From: Candidatus Latescibacterota bacterium
GTDB lineage: Bacteria; Latescibacterota; UBA2968; GCA-2709665
NCBI GenBank assembly: GCA_965116875.1
Contig: OZ220733.1
Coordinates: 4,544,001-4,608,000 of the forward strand
Length of the DNA: 64,000 nt
Direction of reading: 5' to 3'
Part shown: positions 1-11,943 of the stretch, piece after piece
How the letters are laid out: every line of letters starts with the position of its first letter
Numbering within the stretch: position 1 is the stretch's first letter
Program-made: the position numbers and the translations under genes
Notes under the pieces: generated by a model
Databases searched by the model: none
Told to the model about the DNA's origin: nothing
Seen by the model: the letters and a program-made list of their open reading frames with translations, nothing else

Positions 1-1495
1 AGTTGATGACCAGATAGGGACTCGCGCGGGTCCAGTCCTGGCGCATCACTGCGAAACCGGACGGTCGGAAATCAATAGACGTTCCGGATGGTGGCTCGAC
101 CGGGTCTTCGATATCGGCGCCGAGCAGGTTTTCAGCCACCCATAGCATATCCGGTCGATTGAAGGCGCGTCCGCCATCGATGAAGATATCGCGGTTGAAA
201 CGGCCGCGTCCTCCGTCGTTAACCGCAGGTTGGGTGCCCAGCGGACTGATCAGGTACATCCAGTGGTTCAACGTCCGTTCGAGGGGCGGGCGAAGGCTTG
301 CCGCGCGCTGCCGGTTGTCGCCGAAGCGCTCGAGCAGGTAGGCAAGATTCCTGGGATCGCGATAGACGATCGTCGAATAGCTGGACGGGCAGCGCTCCGA
401 ATGACAGCCGTCTTCGTAGAAATCTCTCTGAAGATGTTCTTCGATCCGGTAGACGCCCTGTGAGACCCACCGTTCCGCCTCCCTGAACTCGGGCAGGTTG
501 ATGCCCAGTTCGGCCAGGGCGTAGGAACCCATCACCTGCCAGTTGCCCGACCGGTACCCCTGTTTTTCCAATTCGTAGAGCCAGCGCGCTGAACCCAGGA
601 AGTTCTTCAGGATCCGCTCGTGAGTCCGCACCGAAAGCCGTCCCCGGTTCAGCTTGTAGAATTCCAGGAATACGCGGTTCCTGCGCGAACCGAGGCCGAG
701 TTCGTACCAGATCGGATCCAGGTGGGCGTAAGCACCCTCGACGTCGTCCCGCTGCTCGTACCATTGATTGAAGAGCCTGTCGAAAACATCGAGATACTTT
801 GTGTCACGCGTGCCGAGGTACGCCCACAACAGGGGTCCCGACCAACCCCAGTAGTGGAATCCGTATTTGCCGCTTCTTCCGTAATCCGCGTTGAAATCCA
901 CGACCGGACCGTGCTGAATGGTGACGCCGCCCCATCCGGTGATGTTGTGAGCGGCCACGCGATCCGCGGCCGCCGTGTAATTTCTGGTACTGAAGTACTC
1001 GAATGCCTGGTCGACGCTGTGGTAGGGAATGCCGACATTGATATAGTCGAACCCCGTCCGGGCGTCCCAGTATGCGCCCCACGCTTCGTAGGCCGCGCCG
1101 TACTCCCCCTGGTCCACCGCGCGCTTCACGTCCGCCAGCCCGGCACGGTTCAGATCCATCGCGGCAAAGAGATCGGGATCGCTGATGTGCTTGATCTGCC
1201 CGTCCAGGTAGACGGGATCCTCACGGAGGTCGGTACGCGCCTCACCGAAAGCCGCCGCAAACAGAACGAAGTCACTGAAACCGACGCGCCCGTCGGCATC
1301 CAGATCGAATCGGTCGTCGAAGGCGTCATCGGACCTGGACGTGCCAAAGTTCCGGACGAAGACGACGAAATCATCGAACGCGACCACACCGTCCCCCGTA
1401 AAGTCCCCCGCAACGCCGCACCAGGCGGCTGAGAACGCCAGAATGACGATCAGGGACGGTCCGGAGCATTTTCGTAGTAGAGTTTGAGGGGACAT
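1..1495 (-). CDS. Secreted heparinase II/III-like polysaccharide lyase with N-terminal dockerin-like (EF-hand) module; 3' end runs off the window
   Basis: Manual translation from ATG 1495: signal-like MSPQTLLRKCSGPSLIVILAFSAAWCGVA, then GDFTGDGVVAFDDFVVFVRNFG...FDLDADGRVGFSDFVLFAAAFG, later GNWQVM...LPEFREAERW...DFYEDGCHSERCPSSY, typical of heparinase II/III N-domains. Absent from the ORF track because there is no stop in the window. Confidence 0.75.
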   Translation of the reverse strand, partial: MSPQTLLRKCSGPSLIVILAFSAAWCGVAGDFTGDGVVAFDDFVVFVRNFGTSRSDDAFDDRFDLDADGRVGFSDFVLFAAAFGEARTDLREDPVYLDGQIKHISDPDLFAAMDLNRAGLADVKRAVDQGEYGAAYEAWGAYWDARTGFDYINVGIPYHSVDQAFEYFSTRNYTAAADRVAAHNITGWGGVTIQHGPVVDFNADYGRSGKYGFHYWGWSGPLLWAYLGTRDTKYLDVFDRLFNQWYEQRDDVEGAYAHLDPIWYELGLGSRRNRVFLEFYKLNRGRLSVRTHERILKNFLGSARWLYELEKQGYRSGNWQVMGSYALAELGINLPEFREAERWVSQGVYRIEEHLQRDFYEDGCHSERCPSSYSTIVYRDPRNLAYLLERFGDNRQRAASLRPPLERTLNHWMYLISPLGTQPAVNDGGRGRFNRDIFIDGGRAFNRPDMLWVAENLLGADIEDPVEPPSGTSIDFRPSGFAVMRQDWTRASPYLVIN

Positions 1496-1669
1496 TCCGA
1501 TTTCCGGCGGAAATTCGCGCGGGACCTTAAACGAACAAACCTACAGGGCAGCAGGGCAGGGGGCTTACACGATCGAATCTACAGGCCGTAGCCGTAAAGT
1601 ATCAAAGTCTCGGTGGGCAAATAGGTGACTAAAATTGCCTGCAAAGCGTGAACATCGGAACACTCTTTC

Positions 1670-2014
1670 TCAATTGTCTCCGGCGTGTGTGAGCTTCGAG
1701 ACGTAGGTGAGGCGCTTGCGGCCAGCGTGGTAATTCTCCCAATTCGGTACATGAACCGTCATCAAAGCCTTGAACAGCTTGCCATGGTTCGGAACGCGCA
1801 GGTGCAACAGTTCATGTGCAATGACGAAGTCCTGGAAACCCGGTTCCTGATCGGCCAGATCGATCGCGAGCGTGATGACCCCCGATGTCGAGCAGGAACC
1901 CCATTTGCGTGTCATCTGTTGAACCCGGACAACCCTTGGGCGGACACCCAACGTTTGGGCCCAGCAATCCACGCGTTTGCGAATAGATCGACGACTCTCG
2001 TCACGAGTGCGCAT
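1670..2014 (-). CDS. M48/YgjP (DUF45) family metallopeptidase associated with type I R-M, short form
   Basis: MTRKWGSCS and [18 protein letters not shown] motifs; ATG 2014 overlaps the end of hsdR. Confidence 0.85.
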   Translation of the reverse strand: MRTRDESRRSIRKRVDCWAQTLGVRPRVVRVQQMTRKWGSCSTSGVITLAIDLADQEPGFQDFVIAHELLHLRVPNHGKLFKALMTVHVPNWENYHAGRKRLTYVSKLTHAGDN

Positions 2015-4952
2015 CTGTGTCAGATTCGAGCAGGATTTCAAGTATGGTCTCAACGATCCGGGGGCGTTCCTTCTTGTCAACGTCCAGAATCGGTTGGTAG
2101 AGAGCAGATCGAAGTCTCCGTTTTTCGTCCTCATTTTCTGATGCGTTCGGAAAGCGCGCGAGAAGCGTTTCGGCTTCCCGTGCCACCATCGAAGGAGCGA
2201 TTCCTGCGGACTTAAGGGTCGTGTCCTTCTTGAGCGTCCAATACACACCGAATGCTTGAGTCGAAAGACCACTGTCTTCAGCGGCTTTTGCCGCATCTTC
2301 TTTTTCTTTCGCCAGTTCCAACAACTGCTCCATCGCCACGAGGCTCGTCGCATTGCGGTTCTGAAGATCCTCGAGGATGTGTTCGGCGCGTTCTTTGAGC
2401 GGTCGAAACACAGGTGCTTTTTCCGGTTCCGCGTCGATTTCGTCACGCAAGCCCCGCACGAGGTTGAATATTTGCGCTTTGTCGGAGCCCGGTTCGTTTC
2501 GAAGTGCCTGGACCGTGGGCGCATCGAACGTCACTGTTTTAATCACGTCTCCAAGGCCCTGTTGAGTAACGCTGTCCTTCACCAGACTGGCCGTTTTCAG
2601 GCCCAAGGGTGCGTTGTAAGTGGTATTCGTCGTATAGGCATTATTGAGAACGGCATATAATTTCGCAAGGTTTTTGTACGTATTTATGTGCTCGCGAAGT
2701 TCAGGAGATGGTGACAAGATTTCCCAAAGGGCTTCAATTTCCCTAAATGCGTGAAAATAAGATCTTCTTGTCTCCGGAACCAGAAAACGACCGTAGATGA
2801 TTTCCTCAAGTCTCTCATCCGCTCCACCTATGCCTGCCTCGCCAAGATATTCGATCTTTGCACGCTCGATTTTTCCAAGGCAATCCTGTAGAAGAAGATC
2901 AAGATCCTCGATTACTCCGCTGACATCGGTAGAGTCAAATCTCAGCGCCTTTCTCAATTCCCGAAGGACGCCCACGAAGTCCACGACCAGCCCAATGCGT
3001 TTACCGGCGCCTTTCTCGTCAACGTGAGGTCGATTGACGCGCGCGATCGCCTGAAGCAGTACATGATCTCGCATAGGCTTGTCGAGATACATACAGTAGA
3101 GAAGTGATGCGTCGTATCCGGTGAGCAGCTTGTCGGTTACAATCAGGATCTTTGGATTCTCATTTGCCTTCTTGAATAGGAGTCGGACCTCCTCCTCGCG
3201 GCTCGTCGACAGCTGCAACTTTGCGACCAGGGGACGGTCAATCACGTCCGCCGCGTTCTCGGTATAGACAGCCTCAGACCACTCGGGCGGCAGATGCCTG
3301 TCCAGGGCACGCTTGTATTTCGCACAGGCCTCGCGGTTTACACCCACAAGAAACGCCTTGTAGCCAAGCGGTTCGACGTTTTTCTTGAAGTGCTCCGCGA
3401 CGTATTTGGCGACTTTTTCAACCCTATCGTCAGCAGTCAGGAAAGTACGAAGACCGACCGCTCTGTCGAGAATCCTGTTAAGTTCATCGACGTCGGTAAC
3501 GCCTTCCGACTCCACCAATTCGAAGAATTCCCTGTCAAGTCGCTCGACCGGTACGGTCATTTCACTCGGCGCCATCGTGTGGCGGAGCGGAAGCGTCGTT
3601 TCATCCTCAATCGACTCGGCGATGGAATACTTGTCGAGATACCCCAACTTGTCGTCGATACCGAAAATCTTGAAGGTACCTTCGCCCTGGTCAGTCTTCG
3701 CGATCGGTGTGCCGGTGAAACCGATGATGGTTGCATTTGGAACTGCCGCCATCATGTAGGTGCCCAAATCTTTGGCTACTGAACGATGGGCTTCGTCGAT
3801 GAACACGTAGATGTTGTCGCGCGTGTTCGCGTCTTTGTCGATCCCCTCGAATTTGTGGATCATCGAGATTATCAGGCCCCGTTTGTCGGCTTCCAGCAAT
3901 TCCTGTATTTCCTTCTTAGAATTCGCCTGCCAGACGGCAATGTCCTGCTGCTGCATCTCGCCCAGGAGTCTTTCAACCCAACCCCTGAGCTGGCCTTCAA
4001 TTTCCGTGCGGTCCACAACCACGACCACAGTCGGTGTGTGAAACCGATCCTTGCGTTCCAGGATCAATCGCGCAGCGGTAAGCAGGGTAAAGGTCTTTCC
4101 CGAACCCTGGGTATGCCAGATAAGCCCCCGGCGTTTTCCGGTTTCCGAACAACGCTCAACGATACGATCGATCGCACGCCTCTGATGCTGGCGCAGCACC
4201 GACTTGCGTGTTTCACCGTCTTCGACGTAGAAGAGAATCCAATCCCGTAGCGTACGGAGAAAGTCCGTTGGCTCGAAGAATGACTGCACCGCAAATCGGT
4301 AACTCTCGTCCCGCTGTTCCTTCCAGCGTGCCATGAAACGCCGATTGGCGTTCCACGTCACGCCGTACCAGTAATCGAGGAGATGGGTGACATTGAACAG
4401 CTGTGCGGTGCCTATCAGCTCGGGTGTTTCAAGTTCGTAGCGCTTGAGTTGGCCGATTCCATGATCGATCGCATTACGATCTGTAGGATTCTTGTGTTCC
4501 ACGATGGCAACCGGTACACCGTTGACGACGAACATCACGTCTGCACGATTGGCTTTGCGCGCGGGTGGTCTGAGTCTCCATTCCCACGTGACATAAAGGA
4601 CGTTCTCATTGGACTGTTCGAAATCGATGATCTGAACGCGCCGATAACGGCTTTCATCCTCGTCGTACAACTGGCGCTCGCCGCGCAGCCAGGAGAGCAT
4701 CTCGCGGTTGCCCTCTATCGTCGCTGGTATTGCTTCGAGACGCTCGACCACGGATCGGATGGCATCGTTTGACATCCAGGCGTTGAATCGCCCCAGTGCG
4801 TCTTCCAAATCGTCACGGAACAATATCCCCGTCTCGCCGCCGCGCCGGCGCCGGGCGTCCCCGGGCGGGATGGGTGTCCAACCGACCTCAGCCGCGTGGC
4901 GGACCATGGGAAACTGGACGGTGCCTGCTTCAGTTATGTTGAGTTCGGTCAT
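2001..4952 (-). CDS. hsdR: Type I restriction endonuclease subunit R
   Basis: [19 protein letters not shown] nuclease motif, [28 protein letters not shown] and [10 protein letters not shown] helicase motifs. Start placed at [10 protein letters not shown]. Confidence 0.95.
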   Translation of the reverse strand: MTELNITEAGTVQFPMVRHAAEVGWTPIPPGDARRRRGGETGILFRDDLEDALGRFNAWMSNDAIRSVVERLEAIPATIEGNREMLSWLRGERQLYDEDESRYRRVQIIDFEQSNENVLYVTWEWRLRPPARKANRADVMFVVNGVPVAIVEHKNPTDRNAIDHGIGQLKRYELETPELIGTAQLFNVTHLLDYWYGVTWNANRRFMARWKEQRDESYRFAVQSFFEPTDFLRTLRDWILFYVEDGETRKSVLRQHQRRAIDRIVERCSETGKRRGLIWHTQGSGKTFTLLTAARLILERKDRFHTPTVVVVVDRTEIEGQLRGWVERLLGEMQQQDIAVWQANSKKEIQELLEADKRGLIISMIHKFEGIDKDANTRDNIYVFIDEAHRSVAKDLGTYMMAAVPNATIIGFTGTPIAKTDQGEGTFKIFGIDDKLGYLDKYSIAESIEDETTLPLRHTMAPSEMTVPVERLDREFFELVESEGVTDVDELNRILDRAVGLRTFLTADDRVEKVAKYVAEHFKKNVEPLGYKAFLVGVNREACAKYKRALDRHLPPEWSEAVYTENAADVIDRPLVAKLQLSTSREEEVRLLFKKANENPKILIVTDKLLTGYDASLLYCMYLDKPMRDHVLLQAIARVNRPHVDEKGAGKRIGLVVDFVGVLRELRKALRFDSTDVSGVIEDLDLLLQDCLGKIERAKIEYLGEAGIGGADERLEEIIYGRFLVPETRRSYFHAFREIEALWEILSPSPELREHINTYKNLAKLYAVLNNAYTTNTTYNAPLGLKTASLVKDSVTQQGLGDVIKTVTFDAPTVQALRNEPGSDKAQIFNLVRGLRDEIDAEPEKAPVFRPLKERAEHILEDLQNRNATSLVAMEQLLELAKEKEDAAKAAEDSGLSTQAFGVYWTLKKDTTLKSAGIAPSMVAREAETLLARFPNASENEDEKRRLRSALYQPILDVDKKERPRIVETILEILLESDTDAHS

Positions 4953-5470
4953 GGTCGGATCCGGAACCCCTGATGAGACCAATAACGCACCCGTCAGGCC
5001 TCCAGCGCGTCATCGGTCCGCGATTCGTGGGGACGGCATGTCACAGCTGCCTGTCACAGCTTGTCATAGCTCACAGTCAAGCAATCCATCATTGAGCACA
5101 TATCAATGGCCGGAATCAGTCGGACCCGTTGCATATTCTTCCACGATACCCTGTACGAGCATGGCACGAACGTCCGCCCGTAGGGATTCAGTGTAAGTGG
5201 TGCGGCGCGCTTCCAATAGCAAAGCACGAGTACCCACCGCACGAAACCCGAGGCTTCGCCAGGCAATGTTTGCCATAATATCTTTGGCACCCTGTGAATT
5301 GGTTCTGAGGCTCGTCGTCATTTCATCCCAACTCTACTCATGGAGTTGACCGAGTGGGAATCCTAGAGGTATCACTGTCGCGACGTACATATCCTGCTGG
5401 AATATTGAGTTACTTCATCGTTCGAAAGGTCCAGATGGGATATGGTTGCTTTGCTCTCACGATCCTGTGA

Positions 5471-6646
5471 TCACGGTCCGCCACGACTCTTGATCGCATC
5501 CCAAATCCATATGTACCACATTGGCACCCCTCCACGAGCGAATATTCCTCCGACTGATACGTGGATTCCCTTGACCTGTAGGAATAGACTTTCGGCCGCC
5601 TCGATAGCCTTACCTACGTGATCTGCAGTTGGTACAATCATTTGATGCGCCCAATTATTCCGAGATTTCCGTACATCCTCGAGCGAGAGATACAGATCAT
5701 GATCAATTCGATCATTCATCTCCAGAATCTCAGTCATGACAGAAATTGTGTAGTCTCTACCCTTCAGTTTGTCTTTCCGTTTCTTGCGCAACCGATCCGC
5801 AGCTTTTATATCATCTAAAAACACCTTCCAAGCTGATGACAGAAGCTGCTCACAGACTCCCCAAGCCAAGATTAGTGCCTCTCCATATCGCTTTTCGGTG
5901 CATCTACATGCTGCTAAGTACACCGCTTCAATCATCTGAATTAAGGCCTTGTCCTCAGCAGATAGAATTCGGTCGAGTAACGTCAGCGAGTGTTCAATGA
6001 CATTTAGCTCCAAAACCCGTCGAGGATACGGTTGGGCTCGGGGTACTTGGTCCTTGTTGTTAAGGACATTGCGTGCAAGGGCACGAATATCTTCGTAGTC
6101 ATCCGCGTACGAAACTGCTGCGTCGAAGCTGATCGCCTTAAATGTATTCCAGGAAGTTAGTGGGAATCCCATTTCAGCCGTGCGTTGCTTCACGTCCTTT
6201 TCTGAAGTCGCCAAGCAGGCCTGATGGACGTTTATGGTTTGCGCCCGCAAAACAGCATGCTCTTCGGCTTTGTTTTCGGCACGAGCAGTTTCAGAGGGAA
6301 CGCGATACGGGTGTCCTGGATTCGGAATTCTGTATCCCGGAATCACGATCTGCGGCGCGAGGCACCAAGATGTAAAATCAAACAAAAACGTACCATCGCG
6401 TTTTACACGAACTTCGATACCACAGTTTAGCTTCCTCTTCAACACTACTGCATGATGGATCGGAGGATTTAGGGTACGCACCGACTCAGGATCGGGGGGG
6501 TCACCGATCCATACTGCAGGAATTCGAAAGTACCCCTCTACAGCGGGTGAGGCCTTATCCGGACAGATTGCAGGATCTTCGGTGGGATTCTTGAATAGCG
6601 GCTCGTCCTCAGCTGACCTAAACCCCATTGGAACTTCATCCATCAC
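5471..6646 (-). CDS. Hypothetical protein with C-terminal HEPN-like domain
   Basis: 391-aa ORF. The helical C-terminus has ALILAWGVCEQLL and RNNWAH (Rx4H HEPN motif). Confidence 0.6.
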   Translation of the reverse strand: MMDEVPMGFRSAEDEPLFKNPTEDPAICPDKASPAVEGYFRIPAVWIGDPPDPESVRTLNPPIHHAVVLKRKLNCGIEVRVKRDGTFLFDFTSWCLAPQIVIPGYRIPNPGHPYRVPSETARAENKAEEHAVLRAQTINVHQACLATSEKDVKQRTAEMGFPLTSWNTFKAISFDAAVSYADDYEDIRALARNVLNNKDQVPRAQPYPRRVLELNVIEHSLTLLDRILSAEDKALIQMIEAVYLAACRCTEKRYGEALILAWGVCEQLLSSAWKVFLDDIKAADRLRKKRKDKLKGRDYTISVMTEILEMNDRIDHDLYLSLEDVRKSRNNWAHQMIVPTADHVGKAIEAAESLFLQVKGIHVSVGGIFARGGVPMWYIWIWDAIKSRGGP

Positions 6647-7059
6647 TTGCCTCTCGGATTTGGTTGTATTGCGCAGCAGTCAGGCCAGAGAGTTCATCGG
6701 GCAGTCGGTGCGTCACTTGTGAGTACTCTGTCCTTCCGAATCACCTAACTCGATCTAAATAGAACAATGAAGGCTTGTAGCAACTCCAATGCAATCCAAC
6801 CACTGGTTGTTTTCTCTATTTCAAGGCGAGATCATCGGTCGTGTTTTCGGAAGTCAGGGAATTGTGAAATTGAGATTTGAGGTTGTGTTTTTCAACAAAA
6901 GACTTCGACACTAAACCCCTCGGTGAGCTTTTGCATGCGTTGTCGGCCCGAGAAAAGCGGGCGTGCCGCGACAATAGTCAATTGGACCGAGATGATGAAC
7001 TCCACTATGCAATCACAGGTGATTAAGGTACCGCTACTCCCGTCGCATCGCAACCACGG

Positions 7060-7289
7060 CATTGCGGTTACCCATTCCAACAATCTCGCCCACGGTATCC
7101 GGTCAGAGTTTCTCTCATGCTGGTACTCACTCGAGACGCGTCCTAGCGGAAGATCTCCAAAGACTTCAAGATCGCATTCTGGCGAAGTTGGCTTGCCTCG
7201 AAATCCGCGTATGTGATCCCCCAAACAAACTCCATTGCATCTCGGGCCGACAACAGCATGGCGAGCAGATCGGCGTCGTCACGTCGCAG
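7060..7289 (-). pseudogene. Decayed HepT/DUF86 toxin gene
   Basis: RRDDADLLAMLLSARDAMEF...QNAILKSLEIFR*DASRVST, then a frameshift to IPWARL; in-frame TAG at 7143-7145; no intact RxxxxHxY motif. Left boundary approximate. Confidence 0.75.
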
Positions 7290-7590
7290 AGACTTCCTTA
7301 GCCGAATAGAGAATTGCTGTGCTTCGGATGTAGTTACGACTCTGCTCCACGGCGGAACAAGCCACTAGATCCATTTCTCTACCGAACCGGGCGGACAACC
7401 GCGCGTCTATTTTCGCAATGACCAACAAACCCAGCGTCCGGACTGGCTCGAAATCGACCATAACGTCTATGTCGCTCTCTGGTCCTAAATCCTCTCGTGG
7501 CGCAGAGCCAATGACGGCGAGTCGTTAGATTCCGTGGTCTTGACAAAAAATCGCAAAATCGGTCTTCGAAATCGATTACTGTGGGTTCAA
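7279..7590 (-). pseudogene. Decayed MntA-type nucleotidyltransferase antitoxin gene
   Basis: LNPQ*SISKTDFAIFCQDHGI*RLAVIGSAPREDLGPESDIDVMVDFEP; two in-frame TAA stops (7576-78, 7525-27); clearly homologous to 20761-21066. Confidence 0.85.
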
Positions 7591-10447
7591 TGCCTCTGCT
7601 CCCTTATTCCATAGCATCATTTGACGGGGAAAACCCCCATCGCCCTATCCTTGCTGCTTGGATTGTGGGCGGCGCCAATTGGCAATGTAAGTAGCGCACG
7701 GTCTCTCAGTCGCCGGTATCTTAAAGCTTGGCGATTGGAGCCCTTGACCGTCAATATATATCAGTGATATATCACATATCGTTTTGATTCCTTTCTTGTT
7801 TCAGGTTCTCTGTCGTATTTAGATTCATAGAACTCACGCTTTTCGTCAATACGAGTACATAACAATCTTTGATAACGAAGACATATTTCAGCTATCAGAT
7901 CACGGCGCACCCGAAGTCTTACTCCATAGGAAAGTCTTTCCCGAGAATATGCCTCAGCTTGGTATCCCTCCTGCCATGCCTCGTACTTGGCGACAACTTC
8001 ATCATCTCTGGTTAGATCGAATCCATCGAACGAGAGATCAAATTCGTCCAATATGAATGACGCCAATGAGCAGATGTACCAAAAACCCAAAAAAGTCCTT
8101 GGATTTTGATGTTCGGCAATGAGAGGGATGCAGTCTTCGTTAACATTCAACCCATCACCGCCCCTGTTCTTCAGTACATCGCGGACTTGCTCGAAGGTGA
8201 CAGCCATTGCCGATGCCTGCGCAATTCGCTCCGTCGGCAGATTGAGTTCATCCAATTCGTCCGACCCGCCATACACCTGCAGGGGAATCAGCATTGAGAT
8301 CAACGATGTCTTTTGCCGGTAGGGCACATTGTATTTTTCCTCGTAAGCCAGCATCTGCTTTTCAAATACAGTGAGCCAATCCGTGTTCTGTTGATCCGTG
8401 CTGGCGTTCCCGACTTGGAACGATTCGATCTCGTCGAGTTCTCTGAACCATGCTTCCTTTTCGGCTACCCGAAGCATCCTAATGTCCGAAGGACGAATCA
8501 TGGGTTCTCGTACAACATATTCTGGATCGACCATTTGAGTTGCCTGCCAGAGCCACTGAATTTGGGCCTGGCTTAGTCTCTGTTTCTCGGCTACTTCATT
8601 GAGGATATCCCAGAGTATCTCTGTGACTCGCTCCTGAAATTCGGTTGTGATCCAAACAACGGGCCAACCTTGGGTATGTACATGCCCATACCAGTCGTCC
8701 TTGATACGAGAACGCTCCTCATCCATCGACCAGTTCTGAGCATTGAAACACTCTTCAATGGCCGCCACAAGACTCCCCGGCTGGATCTGAAGGATTTTCT
8801 CTATCGTTTTCACCTGTTCAGAGAAGTGAATCAGAGTGTTTTTCTTGAGAAAGTTCGAGAATGCGGAACTTGGTTTGGATGGCAACCGATAGGTCGAATG
8901 CGATATGGCGGCTGAGTAATTCCTGTCGATACGCTCGACTGCGGCGCTAACTGCAGTTTCCAATGGCGAAACTTTACTCACACACCGAAGAATGCACTTC
9001 GCTGAATGACGACAATAAAAGTCTTCTCGGTCAAGGAGTTTAGCCAGCATTTGCTGATTAGAAGCCAACGGATTGGGCTTTTGATTCGCAAGCGTATGAA
9101 GAATCATTAGCAGGCGTCGAAGACGCCTTCCATTGGCCGACAGTGTTTCGCTAACGAGTAGAGGAATTGTACTCTGAGGCCGTGCAATCGCCAATCTCGT
9201 GAGTGCTTGGATCAGTCTTTCGCCGTGATTAATCTCTGGCGTATCAAGGTCTTCTATACAAAACTGAAGAATGAGTCGATTCTCATCGAAAGTCGGCCCC
9301 GCATACTCCTTCAACCATGCATAGTCGTTGTCTTTGGGTAGCTGTGCAAACATGCTTTCGCAATGTGTCAGGAAATCTTCGAACACTGTCTCAAGTAGGC
9401 ATGGGTCGTTGAGAATATCCAAGCCCGTAGCCGCGATGGGTGCGGTATCATACCCTCCCTCGGTCCTACTCACAGAGTTGTAGCACTTCTCCAATAAAGT
9501 CATCGTTGCAGTCGTTTTGTTCACTTTTTCTATTGTGGCCAGGTACTTGGGATTGCCTTGCCAAAGGTATCCCAACGCGTTTCTGGTATTATAGCATAAA
9601 TAAGCCGATGCGAAGCAGTCTACGGCGTTGTCTTTTTCGCCCAATTCCATGAAACGATCCGCTAAGCACTCAAACGCACTTGGGTCTTGCCATCGTCCCT
9701 GCGATTCGACGTATTCTCTGATTGAGATAAGGTCCTCCGTCGAACCTGCTTCAGCTATATGGTGACGTAATGTTGCATCGAGCAAGTCTGTTTCGTAGAA
9801 ATGCGCATTCTGATCTTTCAGTTTCTTTAGAATTGCAAGGAACCCAGAAAAGGATTCCATGCATCTCTCGGCGATACCTTCCTTTGTCACGGTTGTTCCA
9901 TCCAGCATGAATTCAGACGGCGAGTGAGCACTCTCTTCAGCACCACTTCCGTTGTCGCTGTCTGGATCGGAACAGACAGAGAACTCGTCCTTGAGGTCGG
10001 CTGGCCAATGTCTAGGGGAGATCTCCGTCAACACGAAGTGCCTGAAGCGATCTTCAAAGGTCCTTTGGACCTCCTCTGAACAGGACTCTCTAACGAGGTC
10101 AACGATGTATTGTCGGACACCGGTAATCTGTCTACAATGTCGGCCATCATCACTATTATGATTACGGAAAGATTCGCTAAAGCACCATAAATACTCAGGG
10201 TCTCCATCCACAGCACTGAGAAGGTACTCCTCCAAGCAATCTTGCATCTTCCATCTTGCCGTTGATCGAGAGAAATGCTTGAGCAGGTCGAATGCCGCTT
10301 GACGATTGACAGAAAGAACAGCACAAAAGGCGTTTTCTGTAAACCATTTTGTTTCTCGTCCATCAGTGAGATCGGGCATCCACTTCACCATCCACAGAAC
10401 ACGAGCGCATCTCTCGAGCGCGATTTCGGGCTGACGACGGTTCACTA

Positions 10448-11699
10448 GTGGTCAATTTCAGAAATCGGTATAATGTTGTCTGGAGTCATGAGAGTGCCTA
10501 TAATAGGGTCGTCTCCCCGACCGAGTAGGGAGGTGCCCCATGCCTGGACCAAAGCCGAAGTATCAACCGCAGTTTGAGAAGGAGGAGATCGCAGAGGCAC
10601 GCAGGATCGCACGACAACAAACGGCACCCAGCGGTCTTGTTTACAGGGCCAAGATGGTATTGGTTTTGTGGGAGCATCCAGACATCTCGCACGAGCGTGT
10701 TGCCCAAGCTGTTGGCGTGCACCCCAGAACGGTGATGAAATGGCGAAAGCGCTGGGCGGTTGAGGGCTATTCACTGCTGGATCGGCCTCGTAGTGGAAGA
10801 CCTCGGGTTTTTCCCCCCCGAGAAGATCGCTGAAATTAAGGCCCTCGCCTGCCAATTGCCAGCCGTGCGGGGCATCCCGCTATCCCGCTTCAGCCTCGCG
10901 GAACTGCTTCAGGAAATCCGTTCCGAGACCGGCCTGTCGATCTCGAAGAGCACGCTGTGGCGTCTCCTCAAACGGGACGCCATTCGTCCCTGGTTTCACC
11001 GATCGTGGATCTCAATCAAAGATCCACGCTTTCTGGAAAAAGCGGGCCCTGTTTTGGATCTGTATCAAGGGGATTATGAGGGCGCGCCCCTGGGGCCCAA
11101 AGACTACGTTCTCAGTGCGGACGAGAAATCGCAACTCCAGATCTTGGAGCGGGAGTTTTCGTGTTCACCTCCGGAACCGGGAAAACCGATTCACTGTGAG
11201 TCCGACTACAAGCGCCACGGGACCGTGGCCTACCTGGCCGCACTCGATATCAGGAGCGGAAGGGTCTTTGGTCGTGTGGATCAATCCACGGGTATCGAAC
11301 CCTTTCAGGGGCTGGTCGACCTCGTGATGAAGCAGGAACCCTATGCATCGGCCGAACGCGTGTTCTGGATCCTCGACAATGGGCCTTCCCATCACCCGTC
11401 GACCTCCCCTGCACGCCTCAAACAGGCTTACCCGAACCTGATCGCCATCCATCTTCCCATCCACGCCAGCTGGCTCAACCAGATCGAGATCTACTTCTCC
11501 ATTCTTCAGAGAAAGGCACTCACGCCGAACGACCTCGGAACCAGAAAGCAAATGGAAGACCGCATCCTCGGATTCCAGCGACGCTACAACCAAACCTCGA
11601 GTCCCTTCAACTGGCAATTTACACGCAGCGACCTTGAAGAAAGGCTCCGCGAACTCAATGCCGCCGCCTAACTTGATACATACTTCTGAAATCGCCCAC
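10448..11699 (+). mobile_element. IS630-family insertion sequence
   Basis: TA duplication at 10446-47 and 11700-01 in a CTAG target; imperfect terminal IRs GTGGTCAATTTCAGAA / TTCTGAAATCGCCCAC. Confidence 0.92.
10540..11671 (+). CDS. IS630 transposase split by a frameshift in a C7 run
   Basis: HTH part 10540-10833 (DRPRSGRPRVF); DDE part with ADEKSQLQ, ILDNGPSH, SWLNQIEIYFS. Deleting one C at 10813-10819 joins them as RPRVFPPEKIAEIKALAC. Confidence 0.9.
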
Positions 11700-11920
11700 T
11701 AGTGTGAGAATATCCATTAGATATAGCAGGGTGATATCCTTGCGGTAACCATATATGAGCGAGGAGCGGATTCCATAGCGAAGCCACTCATCCGCGCATT
11801 CACGCATACCGCATTTAGCCATGATTGCTGCAAGCCGTATGAAGTGATTGGACCTGGTGTTTCCCTTCAGCTTGGTAGATTTCTCGAAAGTGAACGCGCA
11901 GTGTGTTAGGATAGAAGAGA

Positions 11921-11943
11921 GCCTACAGCCTACAGCCTACAGC
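11921..11943. repeat. Tandem heptamer (GCCTACA)x3 inside the STAND gene
   Basis: gcctaca gcctaca gcctaca gc; three units create a TAG stop, two units restore the frame. Confidence 0.9.

Noticed and set aside
620-1432. 270-aa plus-strand ORF and similar long antisense ORFs (e.g. 35145-36206, 44668-45645, 59126-60421)
   Set aside because: Shadow frames opposite well-supported genes in GC-rich DNA.
5103-5321. 72-aa ORF with a GNAT-like ANIAWRSLGF fragment
   Set aside because: Too short, with a single weak motif; possibly a remnant but not supportable.
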